NCBI GenBank assembly: GCA_964016885.1
Contig: OZ024761.1
Coordinates: 15,996,001 to 16,060,000 of the forward strand
Length of the DNA: 64,000 nt
From: Eledone cirrhosa
Lineage: Eukaryota
Reading direction: 5' to 3'
Shown here: piece after piece, positions 57,481 to 64,000 of the stretch
Position numbering within the stretch: the first letter of the stretch is position 1
Layout: every line of letters begins with the position of its first letter
Made by a program: the position numbers and the translations under genes
Notes under the pieces: generated by a model
Databases searched by the model: none
What the model was told of the DNA's origin: nothing
What the model saw: the letters and a program-made list of their open reading frames with translations, nothing else

Positions 57481-58576
57481 TGTAGTCGTTGTCATCGTAG
57501 TGGTAGTAATGTTGGTGGGGGTGGTGGTAGTAATGGAAGAATTATTGGTAGTGTTGATGGCTGTAGTAGCAAATGTTGTGGGTGGGTGGTGGGAGACAGT
57601 GCAGTGAAAAACGTAGTAGCAGCAGCAGCCCCAACCCACCCCCGCCGGCATCATCATCATTATCATCAACACCACCACCACCACCACCACCACCACCACT
57701 ACGATCATAGTCACCACACAACCATCAACATCACCACCACTAGAATCAACACCACAATCACTGCAACTAGCGCCAATACTTCCACTGCCAACACCACCAC
57801 TACCACCAACATCACCACTAGACTCAACACTGGAACCATCCCGCCCCCACTTGTCAACACCACCACAACCACCACCTCCACAACCAGTATCACCACCACT
57901 ACCATCATTGTCACCACACACAACACCATCAACAACAACACCAGCAACAACATCCACAACCAACACCACTACCACAAACATCAACAACACAACAACCATC
58001 AACACCTCTACCACCGCCAACACTAACAACAACTACAACACAACCACCACAAACATCAACAACACCACCACCAACAACAACAACAACACCAACAACAACA
58101 ACAACCAATACCACTACCACAAACATCAGCAACAACACCACTAACACCACCACCACCACCACTAACAACGACACCAACAACAACACCAACGCCAACAAAA
58201 ACACAACCACCACAAACATCAACACCACCATCGCCACCACCATCACCCCTGTCAGGATCCATGCTGTTGATGAGATGTCAGTGGTTGTTGTTATTGTTGT
58301 TTTAGCCCCAGGCCCTGTCAGTCCTGATTGAGTATATCTATGATCAAAAGGCATTCCAGCCATAACTACCCCATCTTTTTTGTTTTCGTCAGATACCCAC
58401 ACTGTATCTAATATCACAATACCCAATATGCCCTTTCATTCCCTCTTTCTTTCTTTTCTTCTCTTTTTCTTTGTAGGCTGTGTGATTCGAGGGATATTTA
58501 GCTGCTATTTCAAGCAGGTTGAGGTCTGAGATGCTATGTAAGAACTTACAGTAGCAATCCACTACAGTGCTGAACC

Positions 58577-58712
58577 AGAGCAGACTAAACTAAGTGATGT
58601 CTAGACAGCAGTAGAGCAGACTAAACTAAGTGATGTCTAGAGAGCAGTAGAGCAGACTAAACTAAGTGATGTCTAGACAGCGGTAGAGCAGACTAAACTA
58701 AGCAATGTCTAG
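58577..58712. repeat. 35-bp tandem repeat, about 3.8 copies (AGAGCAGACTAAACTAAGTGATGTCTAGACAGCAGT-like)
   Basis: Direct inspection. Confidence 0.8.
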
Positions 58713-59804
58713 ACTCCACAGTGGAACTGCAATGACATTAAAAGTGTATCACACCATACCTTCTTATCTTTCTCTCCCTTGAACACACACACACTCTTTC
58801 TCACTCTCTTACACACACACACACACATGTTCATAAATACATACATACATATAGGTATGCATATATGCATACATATGTTCATGAATACATATATATATAT
58901 ACATACATGCATACATACACACATATACATTTGTATGAAGAGTTATATATATATATATATATAGTAATAATAATAAATGTGAAGACTAAAATCCGAAGGG
59001 GGCTCAATAAGGATAATATATATATATATATAAATATTTTACCTGTTAAGGGTGAAAGCAGGGATTCTTTGCTTAAACTTTAATCTGTTATTTTAATATA
59101 TATCTATTATAATAATAGTAATAAATGGTAAATATATCACTATAACATCATAATTTATTTTGTTATATATCATCATCATCATCATCATCAGGTTTAGCGT
59201 CCGTGTTCCACGCTTGCATGGGTTTGGACGGGAGTTTTCCCACTTGAGGCAAGAGTGGTTGTCTTGCTCGCATAGGACTCTCTGGCAGGTTTTCTACAGC
59301 TGGATGCCCTTCCTAACACCAACCACATTTACAGTGTGGGGCTGGGAGGTTTTTACCGTGTTGCCTACACGGCCACATTTACAGCGTGGAGTGTGTTTTT
59401 TTTGTCGTGACACCTACACGATCTCATTTGTTTCGGCCTGGATGTTGTGGGACCAACATAACTTTACATATATTTCAAGGATACTAATTTATAGTATGCT
59501 CTCTTCAGACAAAATACAATATGGATTAGAGTATTGGGCTTGCAATCATGAGCTTCTGTGTTCAAATCTTAGACCGGGTGATGCATTGTGTCTTTGAACA
59601 AGACACTTCATTTCTTGTTGCTCCAGTTCACTCAGCTGTAGAAATGAGTTGCAATGTCACTGGTGCCAAGCTGTATCGGACTTTGGTGTCTTGGAGAGGG
59701 GAGACTGGTATGCATGGTTGACTACAGGTCGTCTTCCACAAACAACCAGACATGTGCTTTGGAGAACTTTCTAGGTGCAAATCCCATGGTCATTCGTGAC
59801 CGAA

Positions 59805-59864
<60 letters not shown>

Positions 59865-60099
59865 TTATGGTTAACAGAGAAATGGCTTCTCCTGAATGAA
59901 ACAGTTCTAGTCCTGTAAAAGCCATTTCTATATTAAATATTTATACTCTGCTATGTATTGAGTACCTTACTTACTGTGGTCACCCTCCGATTGAACCTGG
60001 GATAAACATATATATATATATTTATTAAAATAACAGATTAAAGTTTAATGAGCCCTCTTCGGATTTTTGTCTTCACATCTATTATTTTTTTTCAAATAC

Positions 60100-60460
60100 C
60101 ACTTTGGAAGAAGAATTAGGATGGAGAGAGAGGTGCTGTACCCCAGCAAGTTTTATGAAAGGTGGGTGAAAGTGGTGAGAATGGCCCGAGTGAATGGGCC
60201 TTCTCTCTATATCAGCCTGTAGGTTGAGGAAAAAGAGGAAGAGAGGAAAGGGGTACAAACTCTTCGTACTCCTGGATGTGAGGGTTGCACATTTTTTCGG
60301 GGGTATGTGTTACCCATATGAAATGTCTCCCCCTGTTGGGGAAAATCGATTAGTTTTTAAATTGCATTTGTGATAGTATTTTACACGTTTTTATTGTATG
60401 TAAACTTCCCCCTTTGTATTTGTCCCCTTCTTTTGTGCCCCTATGGCTAATAAAGAAACA
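60100..60460 (+). mobile_element. L1/Tx1-like LINE 3' fragment
   Basis: Reverse complement of the 48265-48620 copy. Confidence 0.75.
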
Positions 60461-61284
60461 TATATATATATATAATGTATGTATATACTCACACACAGAC
60501 ACACATACATACATATATGTGGGTCCTCACTCTTTTCCTATTACCCACTCTACTACCCTAGGTATTGAGTACTCTGGTGCATTATAGTCCACCTGGTATT
60601 TTACCACACTCTTTGTTCTCTATATATATAAGTATATATATATGCTGATGGCATCAAATTTAATGAATTTGTCATCTCCCCACCACCACTACCACCAAGA
60701 AAAAAGGCACCATTATCCTTATGTGGGTAGGGCTTCAAAAGGAGTTAATCAATCCCCACTTTAAGTCTCAGGATAGCAACCCTAATTTAAAGTGCTATGA
60801 TTAAACTGTTGGCTCTTCCATCTCATCCTCCCCCTTTTTAAGGAAGATTTGGTTGCTATTTCTAATAATTCGACTAACCACATAAAGTCTCACTTGTGGT
60901 GTTTGCAGTCTGTACTGTGACAACATTCCACATTTGCTTCTCTTAAATATTTTAAATAAAAAAACAACTACTTAATAAATCAGCATGACAGCAACGAAGG
61001 TTTCTGTAAGAAGGGAGACAACTCCGACACACATATACAAATACAATATTACGCAAGATGGGATGGCTCTTCCAGCACATCTCTCTTACCATCCTCCGAG
61101 GAAACGCCTTCTCCATTCTGCCCGCTGGAGTTGTGGGGAGGCCAGCACGTGGGACTCCATTTGCTCACCATACAGAGAGATGGAGACGATGACAGTGGGA
61201 GTTCGGACCATATCCTTGTGGTTGTGTTCATTATCTATGTAGAAAATTATTTATTACCCATTCAATATACGTATATTTATATAT

Positions 61285-61610
61285 TAGGGCGGGTAGAATT
61301 CCCGAGATCTATGGACGAGTTCTCTCCAGCGGTCTCTGTCCTTCATCAATGCCGCTATTGTATGCACCTTGCACTGGAGAAACACCAGGACTCGGGCTTC
61401 ACAGCAGGAGAGTTAAGGCTAAAAAGATATCAGATGCTAATTTGCTGACGACATAGCTCTGATGACGAACACAGAGAAGTTGATGCGAAAAGTGGAAACT
61501 GTGTCGATGAGTGTGAGGCTGAGAAATAATAAAAGTATGACGAAGTATCTGGTGCAACCAGGGAGGATTACGAATGTGGGCGGGAAGCCGTTAGAGTTAG
61601 TTGAAGAACG
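61285..61610. mobile_element. Rearranged RTE LINE: 3' end on the minus strand fused to an RT fragment on the plus strand
   Basis: 61285-61355 matches 1126-1200 (-); 61355-61610 (+) reads YCMHLALEK...VKAKKISDA-FADDIAL...KPLELVE. Confidence 0.65.
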
Positions 61611-63859
61611 CTACCCTGATCGCTCTCCAATGCGCCGCTTTGTTAATCCTGGTCAAACAAAGGGAGACAACCACGAAATTTAATTTATTTGCGTAGGTGA
61701 AATGTTGAATTCAATCTGGGGCTGAATTTAGTCGTATTTGTTTGTGTTGCAGTTTTATTAGACCTCAGCATATCTTGGGTTGGGTTAATTTTTCCAACTT
61801 GTCTTTGATTTCTTTTAAAGACACCGCTGTGTGATTTGTGAGTTGTGTTTGACTGTTATTTTTAACAAATTGAGTGACCATATTAAGGCCCTCTCGACTT
61901 GATGTGTAGAGAAAGAAGTTTATCCTCATTACTACGACGTAATCTTGGTTAAATTATCCAACGTCTCTTTCAAAGACACCGGCTTGTGATTTGTGGTATT
62001 TGACTGCTATTTTTAACAAATTAAATAACCATATTGAGGTCCTCTCATTGGTTTGATGTGTATAGAAGTCTAAACTTATTCGATGTAAGCTTTCTAAATA
62101 TTTTTTAAAATGTGATTAGAGATAACATAATCAATATACCCGCATTTATTTGTATTAAATAAAGTTTCACCGTCCAAATAAAGATTTCATTTATATCCTA
62201 ATTATAACGCAATCATGATGATATAAATAATTATATATTTTTAATCAATATTTACAACTCGTAAACATTTAGTTTTCAACGAACACAGACGGACAAAAGT
62301 CTCATCGTCTAAATAGTGATATGTATTATTAACTATACCATTTATAATTAACAGTTATTATTTTTAATAAATATTACGATATCATTAATAATTTGGGTAA
62401 TATTACATTAAACATTAATATATATAGTTTCACTAAAAACACGCTGGCAAAGTTTTTTACGTTTTTTATTTCTTTTTTAATCAATTACAATCAAAATAAC
62501 TAATTTACAATGCTAACTAATTATAAATATATGAGACAATTACGGATGGTTAATATTACCGGTAACACTAATTTAAGTTTCAACAAACATTTAAAATTAC
62601 TTTTTTATTTAGTTTAGATGAATCCAATCGATTCTAGTTAATTTAGCATCCATCCCACATAGTTGTTAATTTTTATCTTTCATCACAAACTTTACTGCCG
62701 CTTGCTTCCGTTTCCTCTAATCCTTTAGTCATTTTATAGAAGCAAGAAGAACAACGTGAGTAGCCCGTAGATTTTTCTCTTCTATTTCGTTCCCCCTCGT
62801 TGTTTCTCCCTTAAATATATCTATTAATTTTATTTCCTGTTTGCTAATATATTTTATTTTACAGCTACAATTCACTACTCCAGTTAATATAATAAAAATA
62901 TTTCTTCGACTAGCATATATTTGAAAAACAAACTAAACATTTTGTTTATTTTATATATATATATAATGTATATATAATGGTTAATTTAGATGTAATGATA
63001 ATGCCTAATAATTGGGTGTTGCTCTTATTGTGAGGGTTTCTATCTGTCTGTGTGTGTGTTTTTACTTCAATTCATATTCCACGCATTTGTGAAATACAAA
63101 AACATTTTGTGGCGTGACAGACACTCCGTTGGCGGCATTAAATTTCGTTGTGAAGCATTGTCTACCTACTGTCAACATTTTAAACAAACAATCCATGTTT
63201 TCGTTGATCTTTCGCTTTCTTTGTTATAAGTGTCTTTTATTTATCCCCCCCTACAATATATATATATATATATATAATGTGTGTATGTCTATATGTCGAT
63301 TGGTGAAAACCGGTTAAAGGTGTTTATCAGCTTTTCGATTTACAATGCGTACATTTGGCATGCTTACCAAAGATGTGTAAATTTTATATACACATTTACG
63401 CAATCTCAGTTCTATTCAATGCATATATAAGTTTATCATATATATATAATATATATATACAGAGAAAGATTTCCGAGTTGTGTCGGGGGGGGGGGTAAAT
63501 AACAATTTAAAAAGGTACTCAATACATTGATAGAGTATAGGCAACTTTATTATATATAAAAATGAACTGTTTCATTCTTATGAATTCACCAGGAATGATG
63601 ATTTCATACGAACGAAACAGTTGACTAGAAGTTATTTCTCTTTGACAGATTAAAAAGCCAGATTACTTCATTGGGTTCACTCTTACGGGGGGCCAACTTA
63701 ACCCTAATAGCAGTGAGTAGGGAGGTGGTTTAGGGACCCACGTCACCATAAGTCTCCCTCCTCAGCTACAGGTTCAACGACAAACGTATCGGGAAACATA
63801 ACCTGGCACTGTTACCGAATTCACCAGGTTGTTGCTAATATTACTTGCGTAGTATACAC

Positions 63860-64000
63860 GGAGGCGCGTGGCCTAGTGATAAGCGTGTTTGACATACCAC
63901 CATAACGTCGTTGGTTCGATTCGTGTTGTGTTCTTGAGCAAAACACTTTATTTTCCTGTTGCTCAACTGAAAATGAATATCAGCAATAGCTTGGAGTTTA
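63860..64000 (+). mobile_element. tRNA-derived CORE-type SINE head (older family)
   Basis: GGAGGCGCGTGGCCTAGTG A box, GGTTCGATTC B box, CTTGAGCAAAACACTTTA CORE-like segment. Confidence 0.7.

Noticed and set aside
55005-58426. Ala/Thr-, Cys-, His- and Gly-rich ORFs resembling antifreeze or structural proteins
   Set aside because: Minisatellite and (CAC/CAA)n low-complexity DNA; all frames open and no unique flanking coding sequence

Overview
AT-rich, microsatellite-saturated animal genomic DNA, most likely from an octopus or other cephalopod (inferred from the SINE families, RTE LINEs and (TA)n/(GATA)n density). The only host coding sequence I can support is the first coding exon (C2 domain) of a novel protein kinase C of the epsilon/eta (Aplysia Apl II) type on the minus strand (20778-21104). 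Its intron runs more than 20 kb to the left edge and no exon 2 was recognised. The rest is decayed mobile DNA: RTE LINE fragments, L1/Tx1-like 3' ends, CORE- and Deu/Nin-type SINEs, two mariner relics, MITEs and tandem repeats. Most long ORFs in the supplied track are microsatellite artefacts. The most striking hidden signal is about 16 intact or decayed type I hammerhead ribozyme motifs from at least five sequence families. They sit in short non-coding elements lodged in (TA)n tracts, and several form near-perfect head-to-head fold-back palindromes (Penelope pLTR / retrozyme-like). Also notable: an RTE copy with a twin-priming-type 5' inversion and three C-terminal C2H2 fingers, and RTE copies with a PHD finger inserted inside the RT region. 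All structures were folded by eye and no database search was run.
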